Of a stretch of DNA of 64,000 nt, positions 29,466 to 39,158 are shown piece by piece; position 1 is the first letter of the stretch; each line of letters begins with the position of its first letter. Both the position numbers and the translations under genes were made by a program. The stretch comes from Oscillospiraceae bacterium. Lineage in GTDB: Bacteria; Bacillota; Clostridia; Oscillospirales; CAG-272. Under the pieces are notes generated by a model. That model saw only the letters and a program-made list of their open reading frames with translations. It did not search any database and was not told the origin of the DNA. The stretch covers positions 12,600-76,599 of the forward strand of contig SVTL01000007.1 in NCBI GenBank assembly GCA_015063795.1, given 5' to 3'.

Positions 29466-30638
29466 TCAGAAGGATTCGGGCAGGTTCAGCAGGGTATGGA
29501 GCAGGATATCGGTGCGGGGAACGAGCGTTGCCAGATCCGCCCATTCGTCATGGGTGTGGAATTTGCCTCCGATGGGGCCGATCGAATCGATGACGGGGAT
29601 GCCTGCCTGCGAGATGTTGGCCGCATCGCTGCCGCCGCGGCTGGAGGTCTGTGCGATCTCCTTGCCGCAGACCGCCTTGTGACAGGAAGCATACAGATCG
29701 GCCAGCGTCTGCGTGCCCTCGGTGAAGAGGGTGGAGGGGCGGAAGCTGAAGCGGTCCAGGATGCCCTCGGTGTCCTCCACATGGACGGTCTGTTCCGCCT
29801 TTTGCAGAATGGCTTCGGCCTGTTCGAAGGCGGCATTGTCCTTGTAGCGCACGTCGATGCTGAAGCGGCAGTGCTCGGGGACCACGTTGGTGACCGTTCC
29901 GCCTTCGATGGTGCCGCAGTTGAAGGTCAGTCTCTCGATCTCGGACTGCCCTTCGATGTCGATGATCTTATGAGCCGCCTCCTTGATGGCGCTGCGCCCC
30001 TTGTCGTAGAAAACGCCGGCGTGGGCAGGGACACCGCGGATGCTCATCTCGTAACGGGCAACGCCGAAGCGGTAGGTGGTGAATTTGTCGGGGTAGCCGC
30101 ATTCGAGGCTGAAGGCGCAGAAGGCACCCTTGGCTTCGTTGAGGAGGAAATCGCGTCCCTCCTGCCCCGAATAGAGATTGCTGACCTCCTCATCGGGGGA
30201 GAGGACCAGCTTGACGGGACGGTCGGCATAGCCGATGGTTTTCAGCGTGTAGAGCGCCAGCAGACCGCTGACGATGCCGGCCTTGCAGTCCAGCACGCCG
30301 GGACCGTAGAGGATGCCGTCCTCGATGCGGATGGGATCCTCGCCGAATTCACCCACCGCGAAAACGGTGTCCATGTGGGCGGCGAAGAGGATGGGCTCTT
30401 TGTGTGAGCCGTTGTTGTATTCGATCACAACACCGTCGCCCGCCTTGTCAAAGGGGACGGTGCGGTGCGAAAAGCCCAGCTTCTCGGCAAAGGTCTTGAC
30501 GAGCTGTCCCACCCTGTCCACGCATTCCTTGCGCGCGGAGGGGCTTTCGGCTTTGACCAGCTCCAGCCAGAAGGCGATGAATTCCTCTTTTTTCTCCTCC
30601 ATGAGAGGAGCGAGGTTGTTGTTTCGTGTGATGGTCAT
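29466..30638 (-). CDS. M20 family metallo-amidohydrolase (carboxypeptidase G2-like), paralog 3
   Basis: AHMDTV, GPGVLDCKAG, PDEE, LECG, GGSDA, FHTHDEW. Confidence 0.9.
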   Translation of the reverse strand: MTITRNNNLAPLMEEKKEEFIAFWLELVKAESPSARKECVDRVGQLVKTFAEKLGFSHRTVPFDKAGDGVVIEYNNGSHKEPILFAAHMDTVFAVGEFGEDPIRIEDGILYGPGVLDCKAGIVSGLLALYTLKTIGYADRPVKLVLSPDEEVSNLYSGQEGRDFLLNEAKGAFCAFSLECGYPDKFTTYRFGVARYEMSIRGVPAHAGVFYDKGRSAIKEAAHKIIDIEGQSEIERLTFNCGTIEGGTVTNVVPEHCRFSIDVRYKDNAAFEQAEAILQKAEQTVHVEDTEGILDRFSFRPSTLFTEGTQTLADLYASCHKAVCGKEIAQTSSRGGSDAANISQAGIPVIDSIGPIGGKFHTHDEWADLATLVPRTDILLHTLLNLPESF

Positions 30639-30688
30639 GGTGTATCCTTTCTTGTCGGTCTTGGATCGTCCGATGCGGGGAATGAGAA

Positions 30689-31864
30689 TCAGAGGCTCTT
30701 CGGCAGATTGTGGATGGCCTGCGTGATGATCTCCGCACGGGGGAGCAGGGTAGCGGAATCCGCCCACTCCTGCTTGGTGTGGAAGAGACTGCCGATGATG
30801 CCCACCGTATCGATGATGGGGAGACCGGTCTCGGCCATGTTGGACGCATCGCTGCCGCCGCGGCTTCCGCCTGTGATGGCGATGTCCTTTCCGGTAACGG
30901 CCTTGTGGCAGGCCACATACAGCTCAGCCAGCTTCAGCGAGGCCGGCGTTTCGGTCATGCAGGGACGGAAGCTGACCGATTCGAGCGTGCAGGACGTGTC
31001 CTCCACAAAGACGGTGTCGGAAACGCGCTGAAGGATCTCCTGAGCTTCCTTTTGAGCGTCCTTGTCGCGGAAGCGGGTGTCGATTCCCACTTTGCAATGC
31101 TCGGGGACCACGTTGGTGACCGTGCCGCCCTCAATGGTGCCGCAGTTGAAGGTCATGCGCTCGAGGATAGATTCCTTTTCCAGCGCGATGATCTTGTGCG
31201 CGGCCTCCTTGATGGCGCTGCGCCCCTTGTCATAGAAGACGCCGGCGTGGGCAGGGACGCCCTTGATGAGGAAGTTGTTTCTCAGAATGCCGAAGCGGGA
31301 GACGATGAAGCGTTCCTCATAGCCGCCGTCGAGATTGAACGCGCAGAAGGAGCCCTTGGCCTCGCGGCGGATGAAATCCCGTCCCGCCTGACCGGAGTAG
31401 GTGTTGCTCCCCTCCTCGTCTGGCGTCAGCATCAGCTTGGCGGGGCGGTCGGTATAGCCGCTTTCCTTCAGCAGATACAGGATGGCGATGCCGAGAACGA
31501 TACCGGATTTGCAGTCATGCACGCCGGGACCGTAGAGGATGCTGCCCTCCTGACGGAAGAGGTTTTCGCCGAATTCGCCCACCTCAAAAACGGTGTCCAT
31601 GTGGGCGCCGAGGAGGATGGGGGCTTCCTTTGAGCCGTTGTTGTATTCGATGACAACGCCGTCGCCTGCCTTTTCAAAGGGGACGGTGCGGTGCGAGAGA
31701 CCGAGTTCCTCGGCAAAGGCCTTGGCGATCTGTCCGACCTTGTCCACGCACGCCTTGTCCGAAGAGGGGCTTTCGGCTAACACCAGCTCCTTCCAGAATT
31801 CGAGGAATCGGCTTTCCATGGGGCGGAAGAGATCGGCAATGCCGTTGATTTTCTGTATGGTCAT
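30689..31864 (-). CDS. M20 family metallo-amidohydrolase, paralog 2
   Basis: AHMDTV, GPGVHDCKSG, PDEE, GGSDA, FHTKQEW. Confidence 0.9.
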   Translation of the reverse strand: MTIQKINGIADLFRPMESRFLEFWKELVLAESPSSDKACVDKVGQIAKAFAEELGLSHRTVPFEKAGDGVVIEYNNGSKEAPILLGAHMDTVFEVGEFGENLFRQEGSILYGPGVHDCKSGIVLGIAILYLLKESGYTDRPAKLMLTPDEEGSNTYSGQAGRDFIRREAKGSFCAFNLDGGYEERFIVSRFGILRNNFLIKGVPAHAGVFYDKGRSAIKEAAHKIIALEKESILERMTFNCGTIEGGTVTNVVPEHCKVGIDTRFRDKDAQKEAQEILQRVSDTVFVEDTSCTLESVSFRPCMTETPASLKLAELYVACHKAVTGKDIAITGGSRGGSDASNMAETGLPIIDTVGIIGSLFHTKQEWADSATLLPRAEIITQAIHNLPKSL

Positions 31865-31903
31865 GATGCTTTGTCCTTTCGCGTTATCGTTTTTTCTTCT
31901 TTC

Positions 31904-31932
31904 AGTTTAAACGGAATGCTTCTTTTTGTCAA
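31904..31932 (-). promoter_or_regulatory. Sigma-A promoter for M20 paralogs 2 and 3
   Basis: TTGACA-17 nt-TAAACT. Confidence 0.6.
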
Positions 31933-32022
31933 GGAAAAGTGAGGTTTTTTTCAAGAAAAGGCAAAAAATTCTCAGGCAAAGAAAAGCCGCACGGCGGAGA
32001 ACCGTACGGCAGTTATGCTGTT

Positions 32023-33198
32023 TTACAGGCTTTTGGGCAGGTTGAAGATGGTCTGCAGCACCAGGTCGGTACGGGAGACGAGGGTCTTGGTGTCCACCCA
32101 CTCCTCCTTGGTGTGCGCCATGCCGCCGATGGGGGCCAGCGAATCGATGGCAGGGACACCGGCCTTGGTGAAGTAAGCGGCATCGCTTCCGCCGCGGGTG
32201 TGGAAGAAGTTGAGCTTCTCGCCCTTCAGCGCCTGGTGGCACTCGTTGTAGAGCTCGGCCAGCTTGCCGATGTGCTCATCGAAGGGCATGGTGGGACGGT
32301 CGCTGACGCGGATGATCTCGGCGGTGGTGTCGCCCACATAGGACTTGGCGGCTTCACGCTGAAGAATGGCATCGGCGACGGCGGCATCCTCGGGAGTCTT
32401 GACACGGATGTCGATGCCGAATTCGCAGAATTCAGGGACAACGTTGGTGACCGTGCCGCCCTTGATGGTGCCGCAGTTGAAGGTCATGCAGTCCAGCTTC
32501 GCTTCCTTTTCGATGTTAACGATCTTGTAAGCCGCTTCCTTGATGGCGCTGCGTCCCTTGTCGTAGAAAACGCCGGCGTGTGCCGAAACACCCTTGACAC
32601 GAATGGTACGGCGCAGGATGCCGAAGCGGGAGACGGTGAATTTATCGGGATAGCCGCTCTCCAGATTGAATTCGCAGAAGCCGCCCTTGCCCTCGTCCAG
32701 CATGAAGGCCACGCCGGGAGCGCCGGAGCAGGAGGTGCTGACCTCTTCGTCGGGGGAGAGGATGAGCTTGACGGGACGCTCGCTGTAGCCAAGCTCCTTG
32801 AGTGTGAGCATGCCCAGCAGAGCCTGAACGATACCGGCCTTGCAGTCCAGCACGCCGGGGCCGCGGAGGATGCCCTGTTCGTCCAGCGAGACGGGCTTGT
32901 CGCCGAATTCGCCCACGTCATACACGGTATCCATGTGAGCGCCGAGGAGAATGGGCGCTTCCTTCGAGCCGTTGTTGTATTCGATGACAACGCCGTCGCC
33001 TGCCTTTTCAAAGGGGATGCGTCTGCAGGTGAAGCCAAGCTCCTTGGCGAAGGAAATGATATAATCGGCCACCTTGTCCACGCAGTCCTTGCGGGCGGAG
33101 GGGCTTTCGATCTCGGCCAAGCCCACCCAGAAGCGGACGAAGCGTTCCTGCTCCCTCTCTAAGATCGGGAGTGTTTCTTTGCGAATGGTAACAGACAT
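32023..33198 (-). CDS. M20 family metallo-amidohydrolase, paralog 1
   Basis: AHMDTV, GPGVLDCKAG, PDEE, LESG, GGSDA, AHTKEEW. Confidence 0.9.
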   Translation of the reverse strand: MSVTIRKETLPILEREQERFVRFWVGLAEIESPSARKDCVDKVADYIISFAKELGFTCRRIPFEKAGDGVVIEYNNGSKEAPILLGAHMDTVYDVGEFGDKPVSLDEQGILRGPGVLDCKAGIVQALLGMLTLKELGYSERPVKLILSPDEEVSTSCSGAPGVAFMLDEGKGGFCEFNLESGYPDKFTVSRFGILRRTIRVKGVSAHAGVFYDKGRSAIKEAAYKIVNIEKEAKLDCMTFNCGTIKGGTVTNVVPEFCEFGIDIRVKTPEDAAVADAILQREAAKSYVGDTTAEIIRVSDRPTMPFDEHIGKLAELYNECHQALKGEKLNFFHTRGGSDAAYFTKAGVPAIDSLAPIGGMAHTKEEWVDTKTLVSRTDLVLQTIFNLPKSL

Positions 33199-33313
33199 GA
33201 CAAAGTCCTTTCTGATAAAACAAATTTGCAGAACCTGCGGATAAAATGCCGTAGGTATGCCGTACCGACTCCTTGGAAAAGAGAAATCGGTACGGCTCAC
33301 AATCGGATATGCT

Positions 33314-33342
33314 ATTATAACACGGATTGACCGTCCGCGCAA
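33314..33342 (-). promoter_or_regulatory. Sigma-A promoter for M20 paralog 1
   Basis: TTGCGC-17 nt-TATAAT with extended TG. Confidence 0.6.
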
Positions 33343-33424
33343 TCACGTCCTTTTTTCCTGTTTCTCAACCGTTCGTGGAGCTTTTCCATTCGGTTGAAGT
33401 GACAGGCGGGAGCGATCGGCGCGA

Positions 33425-35449
33425 TCAGTCGAGGATCAGGATGCGGTAGAGAGCAACGGCCATGTCCACACGGATCAGGTTCTCGTTGGGACGGATGTTG
33501 CCGTTGGCATCGGGATCGAGAACACCGGCATTGGCCAGCGCCTTGATGGCATCGGCTGCATACGAGGCAACAGAGGTCTGGTCATTGAAGCTGACCGTCT
33601 TGGTGGAATCCAGCTTCACGCCCACCTTGTCCAGCGTGCGGAGGATCAGGGTGAAGGCCTCCTGACGGGTGATGGAGGAATCGGGATCAAACTTGTTGTC
33701 GCCGCGACCCTGCGCGATGCCCATGGCCTTGGCAACGCCGATGGCCTGATAGTAGTAGCTGTTGGTCGGGACATCGGAGAAGTTCTCGGAGAAGGCGGCG
33801 TTCAGGTTGTAGGCACGGTAGAGCATGAGGATGAAGTCGCCGCGCTTGATGTTGGCGGCGGGAACATAGGTGGTGGCGGTCATACCGTTGACGACCTTTT
33901 CCTCATACAGATAGTCGATGGCGCCGGCTGCCCAGGCGTAAGAGGCATCCACGTCGGTGAAGTAGTCGCTCTTGGGCTTGGACTGGCTGTGCGCGGCGGT
34001 GACATCCACAATGATGGTGCCGCTGATGGCGGACGTTTCGGTGTAAGCCATGTAGAGGATGGTAACCTTACCCGAGAAGTTGGCGGCGGGAGTAAAGGAG
34101 ACGTACTTGAGCATGGGCGATTCGTCCAGCTTGTACTGATACTTGGGGCTGATCGGGACGGGGTTGCCGAAGTTGTAGGTCAGCGTACCGCCCTTGGCAT
34201 CGGGCTGGGTGAAGGTGACATATTCGATCTCCGCGTCGGAGAAGGCCTTGACCACCGATTCGAAGTCGCTCTGCTTGAAGGTGACGAACTTGTCGGAGGT
34301 GGTGGCATAATTCAGCGTCTTGGGCAGGGTGATGCCGATAACGATCTTACCCTTCACAAACACGCCGGAGGAGGTGTAGGCGGTGAATTCGATCTCCGCA
34401 TTGCCGGTATAGGAGCCGCTGGGCAGGAAAGCAACCTCGCCCAGATAGGGAGATTCGTAGAAATAATATCTCTCGTCGGCAGACACATTGGTGGTGTATG
34501 CGGTACGGGAGGTAGCGCCGTAAACCAGCTTGCCCTTGGAGGATTCGGGAAGAGTGAATACTACGTAATGCAGAGGCTCATCGGTGTACTTGAGGCAGAA
34601 TTCGTTGAAGTCCTGACGGTCGAAGCGGACCAGACCGTTGGAGTCCACGCGGTAGTTCAGGTTGTCCACCGAGCCGACGGTGATGCGGATCTTGCCCTTG
34701 TAGGACTCGTTGGTGGTGGTATAGGCGGTGTATTCAAACTCCGCAATGCCGGTAAAGCCGGCGCGGGGAATGAAGGTCAGCGAGGAGATGCGGGGGGAGA
34801 TACCGTTGTAGGTGAAGTAGGCACTGCCGGAAATTTCAGAGAAGGTATTGGTATCGGTGAAGTTGTAAACGATTTTGCCGCCGCTGTTGCTGTTGGCATC
34901 GTTGATATAAATGCGGGAGAGGGAGGTGCCCGTGCGGATCAGCGCCACATTGTTGAAGTCGGCTTCCGCGAAGGTGACAACCTTATTGTCCTCGGTGGTA
35001 TAGGTGATGATCTGCGAATCAGCATTGAAGGCGTTGATGTGGATGGCAAAGGTCAGGTACTGGGTTGTGGTGTAGTAGATGCGCATCTGAATGTCTTCCG
35101 TGCCCTCGGAGTGAGCAAGGTAGTAGGACGAGACCAACTCGCCGTACATATAGGGCTTGCTTTCCACCAACACCTCGCCGCTGGAGCCGTTGAACCAGCC
35201 ATAGGTGTTGCCGGCGTTGTCGAACATGATGTACTGGATGGACTGCCCGGTCTGCGCGAGCACGGAATCGTTCAGCGAAGAGAAGGTGACATCGGAGGAG
35301 AGGTAGAGGGGCTGATCAACGATCGCGGTGTAGAAAACGCCGCCGGCATCGCCGGTGTTGACGTCTGCCGCCGAAGCGCCGATGGCAAGCAGCGAGGCTG
35401 TCAGAGCGATGAGAAGGATCAGAATCCCTTTTTTGAATGTGTTTTTCAT
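33425..35449 (-). CDS. Secreted S-layer homology (SLH) domain protein with three beta-rich repeats
   Basis: Signal peptide MKNTFKK...ASA; C-terminal SLH motifs (FTDV..YAWA, IKRGDF, FSDVP, ITRQEA, FNDQ..VASYA). Confidence 0.85.
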   Translation of the reverse strand: MKNTFKKGILILLIALTASLLAIGASAADVNTGDAGGVFYTAIVDQPLYLSSDVTFSSLNDSVLAQTGQSIQYIMFDNAGNTYGWFNGSSGEVLVESKPYMYGELVSSYYLAHSEGTEDIQMRIYYTTTQYLTFAIHINAFNADSQIITYTTEDNKVVTFAEADFNNVALIRTGTSLSRIYINDANSNSGGKIVYNFTDTNTFSEISGSAYFTYNGISPRISSLTFIPRAGFTGIAEFEYTAYTTTNESYKGKIRITVGSVDNLNYRVDSNGLVRFDRQDFNEFCLKYTDEPLHYVVFTLPESSKGKLVYGATSRTAYTTNVSADERYYFYESPYLGEVAFLPSGSYTGNAEIEFTAYTSSGVFVKGKIVIGITLPKTLNYATTSDKFVTFKQSDFESVVKAFSDAEIEYVTFTQPDAKGGTLTYNFGNPVPISPKYQYKLDESPMLKYVSFTPAANFSGKVTILYMAYTETSAISGTIIVDVTAAHSQSKPKSDYFTDVDASYAWAAGAIDYLYEEKVVNGMTATTYVPAANIKRGDFILMLYRAYNLNAAFSENFSDVPTNSYYYQAIGVAKAMGIAQGRGDNKFDPDSSITRQEAFTLILRTLDKVGVKLDSTKTVSFNDQTSVASYAADAIKALANAGVLDPDANGNIRPNENLIRVDMAVALYRILILD

Positions 35450-35591
35450 GAGTGATTTCCTTTCGGGTTTTGTCATTGGTTTTATGGCATAACACCAGAT
35501 GCTCTGATGGTATACGGCGAAAATATGACGTTCTGAAACGAAATGAAACAAAACGGGTTCGTTTCGATGGAGTCAAAACGGTTTTGACGGG

Positions 35592-36377
35592 TTAGACTCG
35601 CTTTCCCTTAAAAAGTTCCCAGCAAAGGACGGCGGCCGCCGAGGAAACGTTGAGCGATTCGGCGGAGGGTGCCATCGGGATGATGACGCTCCCGCTGCAG
35701 GCGGCGATGACCTCCTGATCGAGCCCGTGTCCCTCGTTGCCCAGAACAAAGCAGATGCTTCCGTTTTTGTCTACCTCATTCAGAGAGCGCGAGCGGTCCG
35801 ACAGGGCGGTGGCATACACCGTGACGCCTTTTTCCTTCAGCGTTTCGATGGCGGAAAGCGGATCGCCGATGAGAGAAATGCGCTGACGGAAGAGCATCCC
35901 CATCGCGGCGCGTACCGTTTTGGGATTGTAGAGATCGGCGCAGTCGCTTGTCAGCAGGAGGGAATCGATGCCGAAGGCGTATGCACTGCGGATGATGGTT
36001 CCCAGATTGCCCGGATCGCGCACCGAGGAAAGCATCAGCAAACGCTCACCGTCGGGGATGCGGTCGGAAAAACGGGTATGCAGATCGCTCTGGCAGAAGG
36101 CGGTGCAGAACACACCGTCGTGCGTGCCCACCTGCGAGAGCTTGTCGGCCACCGCTTCGGAAACGAGCGTGACCTTCTCCTGCGGCAGGGAAGGGAGGTC
36201 AGAGGCAGCCTGCTCGGTCAGCAGGATACGGTCGAGAGTCAGCTGCGGGCTGGCCAAAGCTTCTTTCAACAGCTTGCGCCCTTCAAAGAAGAACAGACCG
36301 CTTTCCTCCCGCTTTTTTCGATCCTTCAGCGCGCAGATGCCTGTGATCAGAGGGTTGGTTCGGCTGGTGATGATCAT
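35592..36377 (-). CDS. TrmH/SpoU family RNA methyltransferase
   Basis: DPGNLGTIIRSA, GNEGHGL, IPM...ESLNV. Confidence 0.92.
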   Translation of the reverse strand: MIITSRTNPLITGICALKDRKKREESGLFFFEGRKLLKEALASPQLTLDRILLTEQAASDLPSLPQEKVTLVSEAVADKLSQVGTHDGVFCTAFCQSDLHTRFSDRIPDGERLLMLSSVRDPGNLGTIIRSAYAFGIDSLLLTSDCADLYNPKTVRAAMGMLFRQRISLIGDPLSAIETLKEKGVTVYATALSDRSRSLNEVDKNGSICFVLGNEGHGLDQEVIAACSGSVIIPMAPSAESLNVSSAAAVLCWELFKGKRV

Positions 36378-36396
36378 GGTTTGCTCCTCAAAGCAA

Positions 36397-36420
36397 AAGG
36401 GGACGGTGTGCCGTCCCCTT
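36397..36420 (-). terminator. Terminator after rplT
   Basis: AAGGGGACGG-cac-ACCGTCCCCTTTT on the minus strand. Confidence 0.65.
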
Positions 36421-36429
36421 CAAGGTTTC

Positions 36430-36783
36430 TTACAAAGCCGCTTTTGCCTGTTCCACGAGAGAAGCGAAGGCTTCTTTGTCACTGACGGCGAGCTCAGAGA
36501 GCATTTTGCGGTTGAGGTTGATGCCGGCCTTCTTCAGACCGTGCATGAACTGAGAATAGTTGATACCGTTGACTTTCGCCTGAGCGGAAATACGGGTGAT
36601 CCAGAGGGAACGGAAGTCTCTCTTCTTGAGTTTTCTTCCCGTGAAAGCGTAGTTACCGCTCTTCATGACGGCCTGTTTGGCCATCTTGAAGTGCTTGCTC
36701 TTGGAACCCCAGTAGCCTTTGGCAAGCTTGAGGATTTTATTTCTTCTCTTGCGAGTCATTACGGCGCCTTTAATGCGTGCCAT
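36430..36783 (-). CDS. rplT: 50S ribosomal protein L20
   Basis: MARIKGAV...AKGYWG...[13 protein letters not shown]...[10 protein letters not shown]. Confidence 0.98.
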   Translation of the reverse strand: MARIKGAVMTRKRRNKILKLAKGYWGSKSKHFKMAKQAVMKSGNYAFTGRKLKKRDFRSLWITRISAQAKVNGINYSQFMHGLKKAGINLNRKMLSELAVSDKEAFASLVEQAKAAL

Positions 36784-36816
36784 GTTGGAAATTCCTCCTT
36801 AAAATTATCGGATAAG

Positions 36817-37017
36817 TTATCTTGCGTTGGGGAGCAGCGTTCTGACAGTCGGTGCGTTGGCCTCGCTGAGGTAAGCATTCTGACGAAGCTGTCTCTTTCT
36901 CTTGGGGGTCTTTATGCCGAGCTTGTGACGACGATGCGAACGGTTCATCTTTACAAGACCGCTTTTGGTGAGACTGAATCTTTTGGCCGTGGCTTTGTGG
37001 GACTTGATCTTTGCCAT
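36817..37017 (-). CDS. rpmI: 50S ribosomal protein L35
   Basis: MAKIKSHKATAKRF...KRKRQLR; lies between infC and rplT. Confidence 0.95.
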   Translation of the reverse strand: MAKIKSHKATAKRFSLTKSGLVKMNRSHRRHKLGIKTPKRKRQLRQNAYLSEANAPTVRTLLPNAR

Positions 37018-37063
37018 GGTTACCGGCCTCCTTTCTTTTTTTACAAAGTATTAACAAAAACGC

Positions 37064-37684
37064 TTATTGGGCGCTGTTCTGTTCGGGAGCTTGGTCTTTG
37101 TTCTCTGCGGCGGGCTTTTCGTCCTTGGGCTTTTCCTCTTTGGCCTTCTTGGCGGAAGCCTTCAGCGGAATGACCATCATGGACATGGCTCTTCCCTCGA
37201 GAACGGGACGCTTTTCTACCGTGCCGTGCTCGGCACAAGCCTCTTCGAATTTGGCAAGCAGCTCTCGTCCGATCTCCTGATGCGCCATCTGTCTGCCCTT
37301 GAACTTGACGATCACCTTCACCTTATCTCCGCCGGAGAGAAAACGCTTGGCGTGAGAAAGCTTGGTGTTGAAATCGTTGGTGTCGATGCGGCAGGTGAGC
37401 TGGATCTCCTTGATATCAACGATCTGCTGTTTTTTTCTCGCTTCTTTTTCTTTCTTGTCCCGCTCGAAACGGAATTTACCGTAATCCATCACGCGGCAGA
37501 CAGGCGGCTCGGCCTGAGGGGCGATGAGGACAAGATCCACTCCCTTTTCGTAGGCAAGGTCAAGCGCGGCCGCGTATGTCAGCATACCCAGCTGCTCGCC
37601 GTCATTTCCCACGACGCGGAGCATTTTGGAATCGGCAAAGCCGATCTCTTCGTTGATCGCGAGCTCTTTCGAATTGCTTTTTAT
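37064..37684 (-). CDS. infC: Translation initiation factor IF-3, non-canonical ATA start
   Basis: INEEI, DLVLIAP..PPVCRVMDYGKF, KFKGRQ; GGAGGTG SD 7 nt before ATA at 37684. Confidence 0.93.
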   Translation of the reverse strand: MKSNSKELAINEEIGFADSKMLRVVGNDGEQLGMLTYAAALDLAYEKGVDLVLIAPQAEPPVCRVMDYGKFRFERDKKEKEARKKQQIVDIKEIQLTCRIDTNDFNTKLSHAKRFLSGGDKVKVIVKFKGRQMAHQEIGRELLAKFEEACAEHGTVEKRPVLEGRAMSMMVIPLKASAKKAKEEKPKDEKPAAENKDQAPEQNSAQ

Positions 37685-37702
37685 AGAAAAACACCTCCAA
37701 AA

Positions 37703-37840
37703 AACAAGTGCGCGGAGAACTCCGCGCACGAAAAAATCATACCGATCCCCACAACAAAGCAGGGAGGAAACTGACCTTATCAAACCGAAGCGGCAAAAGG
37801 ACCGATCGGTGAGAACCGCGAAGCTCTACTTCTTTTTACT
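37703..37840 (-). ncRNA. L20 leader (ribosomal protein autoregulatory attenuator)
   Basis: AAGTAGAG...TTCTCACC motif; terminator GTGCGCGGAG-tt-CTCCGCGCAC-TTGTTTTTT (37708-37729) before infC; promoter TTGACA-17 nt-TATACT at 37874-37846. Confidence 0.75.
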
Positions 37841-37889
37841 GAGACAGTATACCACAACGGGCAGAACTTGTCAAGCCTTTTTTGAAAAA

Positions 37890-38972
37890 TCAGCGGGAAA
37901 TTTTGTTGGCGACCTCATACAGGGCGCGGATCTCGGAGCGGCGGCGCTCGCAGAACTCGTTCATCTGACGGATCTGATGATCGTCGTAGCCGTTCAGATC
38001 GCCGTCCTTCAGCTTGCCCTTGTACATGTTGTCCATGCGCAGAGCATAGCCGATGTCGGTGTGGCGGATCTTGCCGTCCACCAGACAGACGACCGCATTG
38101 CTGATGCCGTCGAAGAGGAGCTCGACAGCCTTGCAGCCCATCTGGGAGGCAATGAGACGGTCGCGCGCAGAGGGGGAGCCGCCGCGCAGCACGTGAGCGG
38201 GACGGACAAAGCGAGTCTCGATGCCGGTCGCCTTTTCGAAGCGGGCGGTGAACTGCTCGGCAAAATCCTTCTGGCCCAGCGTGGCGGGGACGCCCTCGGC
38301 GATGAGGACGATGAAATTGCGCTTTCCGTTGGCCTTCGAGGCGATCACGCGCTGGAAGATCTCCTGCTCGTCGAAGGCGATCTCGCTGATGAGAACAGCG
38401 GCGGCGCCTGTGGCGATACCGGCCTCAAGCGCGATATAGCCGGCGTTGCGCCCCATGATCTCCACCACGTTGCAGCGGGCGTGGGACTCGCAGGTGTCAC
38501 GCAGCTTGTCCACCATATCGATGGTGGTGTTCAGTGCGGTGTCAAAGCCGATGGTGTGGTCGGTAGAGGTGATGTCATTGTCGATGGTGCCGGGGATGCC
38601 GATGGTGGGGATGCCGCGGGCGCTGAGGTCGGAGGCGCCGCGGAAGGTACCGTCGCCGCCGATGGCCACGATGCCGTCGATCTTGTTGCGGTGGCAGGTC
38701 TCAATGGCCTTTCTCATGCCCTCTTCGGTCTTGAATTCGTCGCAGCGGTCGGAATAAAGGATCGTGCCGCCGTGGTTGATGATATTGGAGACGTTGCGCT
38801 CGCCGAAGCGGATGAGGTTGTCGTCCACAAGGCCGCGGTAGCCCTGCAGGATGCCCATGACCTCAACACCGTTGGCCAGAGCGGCTCTGGTGACGGCGCG
38901 GAGCGCGGCATTCATACCCGGAGCGTCGCCGCCCGAGGTCAATACACCGATACGTCTGAATTTTGTCTTCAT
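37890..38972 (-). CDS. pfkA: ATP-dependent 6-phosphofructokinase
   Basis: LTSGGDAPGMNA, IGGDGTFRG, PGTIDND, EIMGR. Confidence 0.93.
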   Translation of the reverse strand: MKTKFRRIGVLTSGGDAPGMNAALRAVTRAALANGVEVMGILQGYRGLVDDNLIRFGERNVSNIINHGGTILYSDRCDEFKTEEGMRKAIETCHRNKIDGIVAIGGDGTFRGASDLSARGIPTIGIPGTIDNDITSTDHTIGFDTALNTTIDMVDKLRDTCESHARCNVVEIMGRNAGYIALEAGIATGAAAVLISEIAFDEQEIFQRVIASKANGKRNFIVLIAEGVPATLGQKDFAEQFTARFEKATGIETRFVRPAHVLRGGSPSARDRLIASQMGCKAVELLFDGISNAVVCLVDGKIRHTDIGYALRMDNMYKGKLKDGDLNGYDDHQIRQMNEFCERRRSEIRALYEVANKISR

Positions 38973-39158
38973 AACTGTTTTACCTCTTTCAAAGCCATGC
39001 GGAATCATAGCATAAAATACATTCAGTTGAAACCCAATTATACTATATTCCGCCGAAAAAATCAAGAGTGCGGCAAGAAAAACAGGAATTTTTTTCATCT
39101 TTTTGTCGTTTTTCTGCCGAAAAGGAACGGATCATCCGAAAAAAACGCAAAAAACGTC

